A DNA stretch of 12,084 nucleotides from a virus, in IMG/VR virus record IMGVR_UViG_3300045988_052544; one strand, written 5' to 3'. Every line of letters begins with the position of its first letter. Positions within the stretch are counted from its first letter, which is position 1. This document shows positions 5,326-12,084 of this stretch, one piece after another. The translations under genes were made by a program, and so were the position numbers. The notes under the pieces are model-generated. The model did not search any database and was not told the DNA's origin. It worked only from the letters and a program-made list of their open reading frames with translations.

Positions 5326-6317
5326 TGGAGAAAGAAAACTTATATAACAGGTATCAAACAGAAGTTAAAAACAAAGATACTGCATTATTCACATTTATGC
5401 AACGTACTTTGTGCATGACTTCAAAAATGTTTGAGTATACGGGTACACCCGAAACGTTACCGCCTATAGAACTTGAAAAGATTCTGCAAACATCGGGAAA
5501 CGTGGGTATAGCAGAAGTGAACGGTAATTTATACGCACTACAGGGTTCACGGGGTGGAGAATGTGACGCTTACGGGTACGGCAAAGATTACGTGGTTGCA
5601 AACCCTTGGCTACAGTTGAACAAAACCTTTAAAATTGGTTCTGATATTGTCGTTATCAACAACACACCGTTTGCAGATTCAATTTTACCTATTATTGGAA
5701 AATACGGTGTTCTTTACGTTGACGCAACAATAACGCTTAATATGACTAGTATTCTAACTAGAATTTTAATGCTTATTTCTGCAAGTGATGACAAAACCAA
5801 ACAAAGTGCCGAAATGTTTCTGCAAAAGGTTTTAAACGGGGATTTCTCAGTAATTGGCGAAAATGCCTTTTTTAAAGGTGTTAACATGCAAACCCCCCCA
5901 ACAAACAGTAACCAACAGATAACGCAACTTATTGAGTTATTGCAGTATTACAAAGCGTCAATGTTTAACGACCTTGGTTTGAACGCAAACTATAACATGA
6001 AACGTGAACGTTTAAATACGCAAGAGGTTTCAATGAATATAGACGCTTTAATGCCTTTCGTTGATTCAATGTTAAAGGAACGTGTAGACGGTGTGCAAAA
6101 GGTTAACGAAATGTTCGGTACAGAGATTTCCGTAACGCTTGGTTCTAGTTGGAAAATTGAGCACGAAAACTATTTGTCGCTATTACAGGCAACAGAGGAC
6201 GGACACGACCACACCGATACAGAAGACATCGACCCCGTACAGGAAAACGAAACAGAAGAAACAGAAGAAACAGAAGAAACAGAAGAAACAGAAGAAACAG
6301 AAGAAAAAAGAAGATGA
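5325..6317 (+). CDS. Portal / head-tail connector (phi29 gp10-like), 330 aa, with an acidic (TEE)6 C-terminal tail
   Basis: [29 protein letters not shown] parallels phi29 gp10 [44 protein letters not shown]...[12 protein letters not shown] parallels NLEKKERMVTDEVSSN...KINELYGLNVKV. Confidence 0.85.
   Translation: [330 protein letters not shown]
6249..6302 (+). repeat. Perfect 9-bp tandem repeat (gaaacagaa) x6 inside the portal gene
   Basis: Six head-to-tail copies lie at 6249..6302 and encode (TEE)6. They stay in frame at any copy number. Confidence 0.95.
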
Positions 6318-6883
6318 AAATAAATGAACTTTTCACGGGTGAAAATGGTTTGTTTGAAAAAATCTTTAAACCCCTTTTCCCTGTTTTGTATGATTCAATA
6401 TTTGAGGCTGATGACCCAAAAATTATAGATATTGATTTTCGGTTCAAATACGGGGACAGAACTCTAGTTAACGCTATTACAAACGAAACTGCAAATGATA
6501 TTGTAAAAGGTATTATTACGGTAAAGTTTGATGAATGGCAAAAACAGATTCAAGTATTTAAAAAAGAATATGACGTGTTAGACCCTGTTACAGAAAAGAC
6601 AACGGAAACGGTAAATAACACCGTGGACGAAACAGGGAATAATAACACGGTCGATTCAAGTGTAACATTTAATAATGGAGATTTCGGAAATGACACAAAA
6701 CAGCAGCGAGATTCCACAGGGAACAGACAAGAAACAGGCACGAAAACAACTGTTAAAAACGGTGTTCCGTCTAGCGTTCTTACTAGCGAAATTATTCAAA
6801 AAGAAATGAGTTTACGCAAAACTAATTTCAGAACGCAAGTTATAACAGAACTTGCAAAAGAGTTAACAGTAGATATTTATTAA
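6314..6883 (+). CDS. Hypothetical virion protein, 189 aa; candidate lower collar/adaptor or scaffold
   Basis: It overlaps the portal stop by ATGA (6314..6317) and sits between the portal and capsid genes. The central T/N/G/D-rich segment (TEKTTETVNNTVDETGNNNTVDSSVTFNNGDFGNDTK) is flanked by helical ends. There is no diagnostic motif. Confidence 0.6.
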   Translation: MKINELFTGENGLFEKIFKPLFPVLYDSIFEADDPKIIDIDFRFKYGDRTLVNAITNETANDIVKGIITVKFDEWQKQIQVFKKEYDVLDPVTEKTTETVNNTVDETGNNNTVDSSVTFNNGDFGNDTKQQRDSTGNRQETGTKTTVKNGVPSSVLTSEIIQKEMSLRKTNFRTQVITELAKELTVDIY

Positions 6884-6901
6884 TACTTAATTTTTATAAA
6901 A

Positions 6902-8086
6902 ATGGAAGTAAAACAGATTTTTAATTTAGTTAACACCGTATCGGGTGAAGTATTGGGCAAAACTGATTTGGTACATGAAGACTTAACGGGCTTGGTTGAC
7001 CTTGGCACGGAAGTGTTCAACCAAAACGCAGTCGACAATTATGTTAAATCCCTTGTAAACCATATCGGCAAAGTGGTTTTCGTAAACCGTCCTTACAGTG
7101 GTAAAGTTCCTTCTGTTCTCATGGACGCTTGGGAGTTCGGTTCAGTATTGGAGAAAATTTCTGCTGACGTTCCAAACGCAGAAGAGAATGACACATGGAA
7201 CTTACAGGACGGCAAGGAATACAAACAGGACGTTTTCCATAAACCGACTGTTTCCGCTAAGTTCTTCAACTCTAAGGTAACTTTTGAGGTGCCCGTATCT
7301 ATCACGGAAAGACAGGTTAAAGAGTCTTTCAGTAGTGCTGAACAAATGAACGGCTTTTTGTCAATGATTTATTCAGCAGTTGACAAGTCGATGACTATCA
7401 AGACGGACGCACTTATTATGCGTACTATCTGCAACATGGTAGCCGAAACTTTGGACGCAGATAAAACCGATTTCGGTTTCGTACCGTCTACACACGAAAC
7501 AGTCGACTACACTGCTGCTAGTACTGTGCGATGTGTAAATCTGTTGAAACTTTACAAAGACAAGACGGGTGCACAGTTGACCCCTGCAACCGCTATCACA
7601 ACACCCGACTTTATCCGTTTTGCGGCATATATCATGGGTTTGTACTCAGACCGTTTGCAGACCATTTCGACCCTGTTTAACGTTGGCGGTAAGGAACGTT
7701 TCACACCGAAAGATATTTTGCACACTGTTTTGTTGTCGGATTTCGCTTCTGCTGCAAAAACGTATTTGTACGCTGATACTTACCATAACGACAACGTTTT
7801 GTTACCACAGGCTGAAACGGTTGCAAGTTGGCAAGCAACAGGCAAAGATTACGCCTTTGAGAACACTTCAAAGATTGACGTGAAGAGTGCAAGCGGCGCA
7901 AGCGTTTCTATTGGTGGTGTATTGGGTGTTATGTTCGACCGTGACGCTTTGGGTGTAACAAACCTTGATAAGCGAGTAACAACCAACTACAACGCAAAGG
8001 CAGAGTTCTTCAATAACTACTTCAAGTTTGATGCTGGTTACTTCAACGACACAAACGAAAACTTTGTTGTGTTCTTTGTTGCCTAA
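6902..8086 (+). CDS. Major capsid protein (phi29 gp8-like), 394 aa
   Basis: NAVDNYVKSLVNHIGKVVFVNR parallels phi29 gp8 [22 protein letters not shown]. The gene lies after the portal and is followed by a strong terminator, typical of a highly expressed capsid gene. Confidence 0.85.
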   Translation: MEVKQIFNLVNTVSGEVLGKTDLVHEDLTGLVDLGTEVFNQNAVDNYVKSLVNHIGKVVFVNRPYSGKVPSVLMDAWEFGSVLEKISADVPNAEENDTWNLQDGKEYKQDVFHKPTVSAKFFNSKVTFEVPVSITERQVKESFSSAEQMNGFLSMIYSAVDKSMTIKTDALIMRTICNMVAETLDADKTDFGFVPSTHETVDYTAASTVRCVNLLKLYKDKTGAQLTPATAITTPDFIRFAAYIMGLYSDRLQTISTLFNVGGKERFTPKDILHTVLLSDFASAAKTYLYADTYHNDNVLLPQAETVASWQATGKDYAFENTSKIDVKSASGASVSIGGVLGVMFDRDALGVTNLDKRVTTNYNAKAEFFNNYFKFDAGYFNDTNENFVVFFVA

Positions 8087-8105
8087 GTTTTGTTGTTTAA
8101 CTGTT

Positions 8106-8148
8106 GGGTGTGTTTCCTGTAGTTGATAGCACAGGGACACACCCTTTT
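8106..8148 (+). terminator. Intrinsic terminator/attenuator just after the capsid gene
   Basis: gggtgtgtttcctgt (8106..8120) pairs with acagggacacaccc (8131..8144), 14 bp with one bulge and one G-U pair. The loop is 10 nt, followed by tttt at 8145..8148. Confidence 0.65.
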
Positions 8149-8160
8149 AAATTTAGTGGT

Positions 8161-8598
8161 ATGCTGATAAAAACTTATAATTATAATGGAGAACCTAACA
8201 GGGTTAGCAAAACACTCCAGGAAAACGAAGAGTATACGGGTGTATTAAATTCAACTGTAAACGTATTAGAGCCTGTTATCCGTTTTCGTACACGCAACGT
8301 TGTCACGTTTAATTACGTTTATATCGAAAGTTTGAAACGTTATTATTTCGTGTCGGAAATACGACAAGACGGTGATGTTTGCACGGTTTATTTGCGTACT
8401 GATGTTTTAATGACGTACAAAGATAAAATCTTAGATTCTACAGGAACGTTAACAAAGGGTGCAACGGTTAACGGGTATGCGTCAAACCGTTCAAATACTT
8501 ACGATTTGCGCCCTAAACTCAAAAAGCTAGATTTCCCAAACAAAGGGTTATTTAACGATAGTGATAACATTATAATGGTAACTATTAAAGGCAATTAG
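8161..8598 (+). CDS. Tail protein resembling the N-terminal domain of the phi29 gp9 tail knob, 146 aa from ATG 8161
   Basis: NYVYIESLKRYYFVSEIRQDGDVCTVYLRTDVLMTYKDKI parallels phi29 gp9 [45 protein letters not shown]. The ORF-track start at 8104 is a TTG inside the terminator hairpin, so ATG 8161 is preferred. The gene ends in the only TAG stop among the called genes. Confidence 0.65.
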   Translation: MLIKTYNYNGEPNRVSKTLQENEEYTGVLNSTVNVLEPVIRFRTRNVVTFNYVYIESLKRYYFVSEIRQDGDVCTVYLRTDVLMTYKDKILDSTGTLTKGATVNGYASNRSNTYDLRPKLKKLDFPNKGLFNDSDNIIMVTIKGN

Positions 8599-8600
8599 TT

Positions 8601-10448
8601 ATGAGTATAGCGATAAAGAAATTTAACCTGTACGGTGCAACGGCTAATTTAAAAATACAGGGTTTAGACGTTATTTGTACTTTTACGCTAAATACAAATA
8701 CCGTTTGGAACGGTGAACCGTTTACACTTGAATTCGTAGATAACGATAGCAGTTTTCACAACAAAACCGTAACAGTTGAAACTGTAAAAGATAGTACAGA
8801 AGTAATAACAAAAAAGGTTGCGTACAGTTACGCAAGTATGAGTGTTAGCGTTATCGGTTATTCTACAACTTACAACGGTGAACAACTTACTTTAGGCAAT
8901 TTGGTTAATAAAGTCCCACACAGTACGTTAGAACAAATGTATACGGGTGTAAATAGTGATGACGGAAAAAGCGCCTACAGTAGAATAACGTTAAAAGCCG
9001 ATGATGGTTTTAAATTTGTTAACGGTACATTAAAAAACGATATTAATTACGGTTTCGATTATTATTATGATGATAGTGTAGCGCAACAAATTGTTGGTAC
9101 ACCATTAAATAATTTAAATATAGGTTGGGAGTTTACAGGTGAAACGGTTGCAAAAGGAACTGAGATACAAAATAATATAACTGGTAATTGTGAAGAAACA
9201 CACACTATAAACGGTACAAACGTTTCTATAACTATTACGGGTAATAGTGATGCAGCAAAGTTTGTTGGGGTTTCTGTAGAATATACAGACGTTAACGGGG
9301 AAACAAAAACAGTTGTACCCGATTTTACGGGCAACGTTATAAATATCTCTTTAACTGATGTAAAAAAAGGTACAACGGTTATTTTGTCAGGTGCTTACCG
9401 TTTGGTATGTAACACGGTTAATTCTATGACAGGTTGCACCGTAACAGGGTTAAAAGATTATTATATAGAAAACGAAACCGTTAGCGTAATTGCAACGGCT
9501 AGTGGAAAAACTCATTTTGACGCGGCAAATTTGCCTTTGGCTAAATGGGAAATGCTTATCGGTGGAACAGAAGAATACGAATTTACTTTGAGTAACAAAG
9601 GCAAAACGGCAACATTAAATTTTACGTTTCCTAACGACAAAGAAAAAGTTAGTGATTCCACATTTACTTTGTTAGGTGGTACAGTTCCCGACACAGAAAT
9701 AACGGGCTATGGTAGTATTAATGTTTATTTGGTCGACACAAAGACTTTAGAGGATTTTTCAAAAATTCGTTTCACTAAAAAGTTAAATGAAAGTTATGAA
9801 TATGAATACTATGACATCGGGGACTATGTGAACAGGTTACACAAAGTTTATGTAAATGTGCCTAACATTTCGCCTACATCTTTAAAGTTGGCTAACTTTG
9901 ATACAAGTATCACAACAAATAGTGTAGATGATTCTAAAGTACATGTAGATTTCGGTAACGTACTGTTACCTGTTGTTTCGGATAATAGCAACGACTTTAA
10001 CGCTACAATACAATGTTTTATCCCGTTTGTCGGTTTTGTCCCTGTAGATAGTGACTTTATAGGAAAAGAAATAAATCTTAGTTATGATGTAGATTTAGTT
10101 ACAGGATATTGTGCCTATAACTTATTTTGTGACGGTATCACTATTAATAACGGTACGGCAAATTGTAGCAGTGAAATTATTTACAAAACGTTGGCAAATG
10201 ACGAAATAAGCACGGTTGGAGACTTGAGCGACCTTAATACGGTTTTAATGGGTCTTGAACCTTTTATTACTATTAAGTACTTCGACCCTTTAAACGTTCC
10301 TGTTAACAACACGACAGAACAAAAACGTATCGGGGACGTTACAGGGTTTGCACAATTTGAAAACGTTGACTTATCAACAACTAACAGTATGTTAGTTGAT
10401 GAATTTAATGAGATTGTTTCACAACTTGGAAACGGTGTTTATCTATAA
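8601..10448 (+). CDS. Tail knob C-terminal homolog with a large beta-rich N-terminal extension; probable receptor-binding tail protein, 615 aa
   Basis: The C-terminal ~170 aa resemble phi29 gp9. [30 protein letters not shown] parallels [62 protein letters not shown] parallels [34 protein letters not shown]. The N-terminal ~440 aa look like several beta-sandwich modules. Confidence 0.65.
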   Translation: [615 protein letters not shown]

Positions 10449-10451
10449 AAT

Positions 10452-10486
10452 AAAACAGGCGGTAAATATGTTACCGCCTGTTTTTT
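10452..10486. terminator. Bidirectional intrinsic terminator between the convergent operons
   Basis: acaggcggtaa (10455..10465) pairs with ttaccgcctgt (10471..10481) around a 5-nt loop. An A-run lies on the left and a T-run on the right. Confidence 0.8.
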
Positions 10487-10731
10487 CATTTCTTGTAAAA
10501 ATCATTTAATAACCCTTTGTTATTAAGATAAGTTATTAATTTATCCCGTTCTGTTTTATAAATTTGAGCGGTCAACTCTAGAGCGTCAATATATTTTATA
10601 TTTGCCTGTAGAGTGTCAGCACATGAAGAAGTTAACAAACTAGTTTCGCCGCCTGTATTATTTGCTACAACGTTCAAACTTTTTATTGTTATAGCCAACG
10701 AACCTTTTAAAATTTCAAAATTTTCTTTCAT
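10486..10731 (-). CDS. Hypothetical protein, 81 aa, translationally coupled to the endolysin
   Basis: Its start overlaps the endolysin stop by ATGA (10728..10731, minus strand). It looks helical. No transmembrane segment, signal peptide or convincing lipobox was seen. Confidence 0.55.
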   Translation of the reverse strand: MKENFEILKGSLAITIKSLNVVANNTGGETSLLTSSCADTLQANIKYIDALELTAQIYKTERDKLITYLNNKGLLNDFYKK

Positions 10732-11150
10732 TTCTTTTCTAGATTCATTATAATTTGGTTGCGTGGTTTCCCGTTACGATTGCAAACTGAAACGTGATAC
10801 CAAAAAGACGTTGACCCCTTACGGTGTTCTTTTATAAGTTGGTCAAAACCGCCTGTTTCCCTCAGAACCTTTTCTAAAGTTTCCATATCACTACAAACAA
10901 TATCAGCCGCCAAACCTTTTAAGTGTTGACTATTAGCCACACCGCCAACGGCTTTGTTTAACATCGGACATCGAAAACCGCTATTTACTAATATAGGTTT
11001 ACCCAACTTTTCACGTATCTTGTCTAAGTAATCGGCTAAACGGTTTAAGTTGTCGACTACTTCAAATGTAGGCATATTGTCTATACCTAAACGCTTTGCG
11101 GTTGCTGAATTGATGAACTCAGACAATGTAAAATACTTAATTCTTTTCAT
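10728..11150 (-). CDS. Endolysin, zinc peptidase of the Peptidase_M15_3 (M15A) family, 140 aa
   Basis: FTLSEFINSATAKRLGIDNMP...SGFRCPMLNKAVGGVANSQHLKGLAADI...WYHVSV matches the family signature (SxHxxGxAxD plus a downstream His as zinc ligands). Confidence 0.9.
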   Translation of the reverse strand: MKRIKYFTLSEFINSATAKRLGIDNMPTFEVVDNLNRLADYLDKIREKLGKPILVNSGFRCPMLNKAVGGVANSQHLKGLAADIVCSDMETLEKVLRETGGFDQLIKEHRKGSTSFWYHVSVCNRNGKPRNQIIMNLEKK

Positions 11151-11154
11151 ATCA

Positions 11155-11349
11155 TTATTTAGTTGAAACTACAAACCATTTTCTACTCTCTTTGTGTGTC
11201 GGAAAACGTCCCTTTACAGTTACCGAACTATCACCCTGTAAGTAATCGATTTTGTTATTAAAGAACTCGCTTACTTTGTCAGAACGTACCATATAACACA
11301 CTTCTTTACTAGCCTGTTTTAATGTGACTTTGAAATAACTATGTTCCAT
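11155..11349 (-). CDS. Hypothetical protein, 64 aa
   Basis: ATG-started ORF co-oriented with the right-arm operon, lying 4 nt from the endolysin start. No recognisable motif. Confidence 0.5.
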   Translation of the reverse strand: MEHSYFKVTLKQASKEVCYMVRSDKVSEFFNNKIDYLQGDSSVTVKGRFPTHKESRKWFVVSTK

Positions 11350-11365
11350 ATAATAAATAATTTGT

Positions 11366-11389
11366 GCCTGTAGCTTTTATACTACAGGC
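11366..11389 (-). terminator. Hairpin (weak attenuator) between the first and second right-arm genes
   Basis: gcctgtag (11366..11373) pairs with ctacaggc (11382..11389) around an 8-nt loop. The downstream minus-strand sequence is A/T-rich but has no clean U-tract. Confidence 0.35.
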
Positions 11390-11397
11390 GGTTAAAC

Positions 11398-11724
11398 TTA
11401 TGCTATTCTTTCACTTGTTTGTATCAACTGCAAAAACGAACTTGCATCTTTTCCCAACTTGTTACAAAGTTGTGTAACACAGCACCCATATTCATTAATG
11501 TAGTTCAAACTATCTTTTGATTCAAAGATAGTATACACGTCTTTAGTTAACTTTGGCAAACTGTTGTGTTTAATACAGTTAACTTCGTACTCATACATAA
11601 CTTTTGCAACATCTGCAAAAACACCTGTAACTACTTGCGTGTTACGTGTTGTTTCACTCTTTACTCTAACACCTTTAACAGATATAACTGTTTCGAACTC
11701 AAATGTAATTTTATACTTTGCCAT
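11398..11724 (-). CDS. Hypothetical protein, 108 aa, first gene of the right-arm operon; possible C-terminal helix-turn-helix
   Basis: ATG-started ORF downstream of the right ITR promoter. The C-terminal VTQLCNKLGKDASSFLQLIQ has a helix-turn-helix-like pattern. This is weak and from inspection only. Confidence 0.55.
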   Translation of the reverse strand: MAKYKITFEFETVISVKGVRVKSETTRNTQVVTGVFADVAKVMYEYEVNCIKHNSLPKLTKDVYTIFESKDSLNYINEYGCCVTQLCNKLGKDASSFLQLIQTSERIA

Positions 11725-11769
11725 AATTTTGTATTTTAAAGGGTTTAACTTTGTTTCTTAATCACGGTG

Positions 11770-11801
11770 CAAAGATACGGCAAATTTGCGAAACCACCAA
11801 G
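11770..11801 (-). promoter_or_regulatory. Right ITR promoter firing inward (minus strand)
   Basis: This is the mirror of 284..315. caaagata at 11770..11777 is TATCTTTG on the minus strand. The -33 box reads CTTG instead of TTTG because of the ITR mismatch at 11801. Confidence 0.6.
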
Positions 11802-11852
11802 TTATTTGTGTTAAATAGTGTGAAAATATTAATTTAATAGTTGTTAACACTT

Positions 11853-11895
11853 TGTTTCACATGAAACATTTGCCCTTACTGTTCCACGTGAAACA
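11853..11895. promoter_or_regulatory. Two operator-like palindromes (right ITR copies)
   Basis: 11853..11868 is tgtttca-ca-tgaaaca and 11880..11895 is tgttcca-cg-tgaaaca. They mirror 217..232 and 190..205. Confidence 0.5.
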
Positions 11896-12055
11896 CTTCT
11901 TTTGCAAAAATTTAGCAGTGTTGACAAATGTTGAAAGTGTTAAAGAATAATAAAGGGTACGGTACAGGCGACACAACAAAAACCGTGCCAAACTATGTTG
12001 CCAAGTGTTAAAAATGCGTTGGGAAATGTTAAATCTGCGTGTTTTGTGTACCTTT

Positions 12056-12084
12056 AGATCGGAAGAGCACACGTCTGAACTCCA
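12056..12084. other. Illumina TruSeq adapter read-through (technical)
   Basis: agatcggaagagcacacgtctgaactcca is the start of AGATCGGAAGAGCACACGTCTGAACTCCAGTCAC. Confidence 0.97.

Larger units (their letters stand above)
11751..12055. repeat. Right inverted terminal repeat (ITR)
   Basis: Reverse complement of 30..334, with 301 of 305 positions identical. It ends ...GTGTACCTTT-3'. Confidence 0.95.

Noticed and set aside
6139-6447. ORFs 6139..6327 (+, KQKKQKK...) and 6145..6447 (-, FLLFLLFLL...)
   Set aside because: These are alternative-frame and antisense readings of the 9-bp tandem repeat inside the portal gene. They are low-complexity artefacts, and the portal frame has clear gp10-like similarity.
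8104-8160. ORF-track start at 8104 for the tail-knob N-terminal gene (164 aa)
   Set aside because: Position 8104 is a TTG codon, and the first 57 nt coincide with the strong post-capsid terminator hairpin (8106..8148). ATG 8161 directly after the terminator is a better start.
8584-8604. TAG read-through (stop-codon recoding, as in some gut phages) or a programmed frameshift joining 8161..8598 to 8601..10448
   Set aside because: Reading through TAG 8596..8598 in frame meets TGA after one more codon (tta tga). The downstream frame is open only from 8589, and att-aaa-ggc-aat-tag contains no X XXY YYZ slippery heptamer. All other genes end in TAA or TGA and are intact under the standard code. 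A sequencing indel cannot be excluded.
9011-9018. Additional TAnnTTTG matches inside the tail gene (9011..9018 and 9893..9900) as internal promoters
   Set aside because: Neither has a TTTG -33 element at the 19 to 21 nt spacing seen at the three proposed promoters. Such 8-mers are expected by chance in AT-rich DNA.
1-12084. Search for tRNA, rRNA, CRISPR arrays, integrase/transposase and lysogeny genes
   Set aside because: No cloverleaf-like or spacer-repeat structure was found. No recombinase or repressor-like ORF is recognisable either. The genome looks strictly lytic and fully occupied by the genes listed.

Overview
The window is essentially one complete, adapter-flanked linear dsDNA genome (30..12055, 12,026 bp) of a very small phi29-like podovirus that replicates by protein priming. 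Illumina TruSeq adapter remnants lie at both extremes (1..29 and 12056..12084). Inside them are ~305 bp inverted terminal repeats (ITRs), each carrying an inward-facing promoter. The left arm (+) encodes two small proteins, a candidate terminal protein, a protein-primed family B DNA polymerase and a gp16-like packaging ATPase. A terminator and an internal promoter then lead into a + strand structural operon: small membrane protein, gp10-like portal, a 189-aa protein, gp8-like major capsid protein, and a gp9-like tail knob that appears split into two ORFs. After a bidirectional terminator, the right arm (-) runs inward from the right ITR and encodes two small unknowns, a Peptidase_M15_3 endolysin and an 81-aa unknown. 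Promoter architecture (TTTG, 20 nt spacer, TAnnTTTG, seen three times) and the near absence of Shine-Dalgarno sequences point to a Bacteroidota host. No tRNA, rRNA, CRISPR array, integrase or transposase is visible. Homology calls come from recognisable motifs and remembered phi29 protein sequences, not from a database search. The most notable points are the minimal genome with a likely non-Firmicute host, the regulatory content of the ITRs (phased AACAY repeats and TGTTTCA-N2-TGAAACA palindromes repeated at the internal promoter), the split and enlarged tail knob, and the lack of room for a pRNA.
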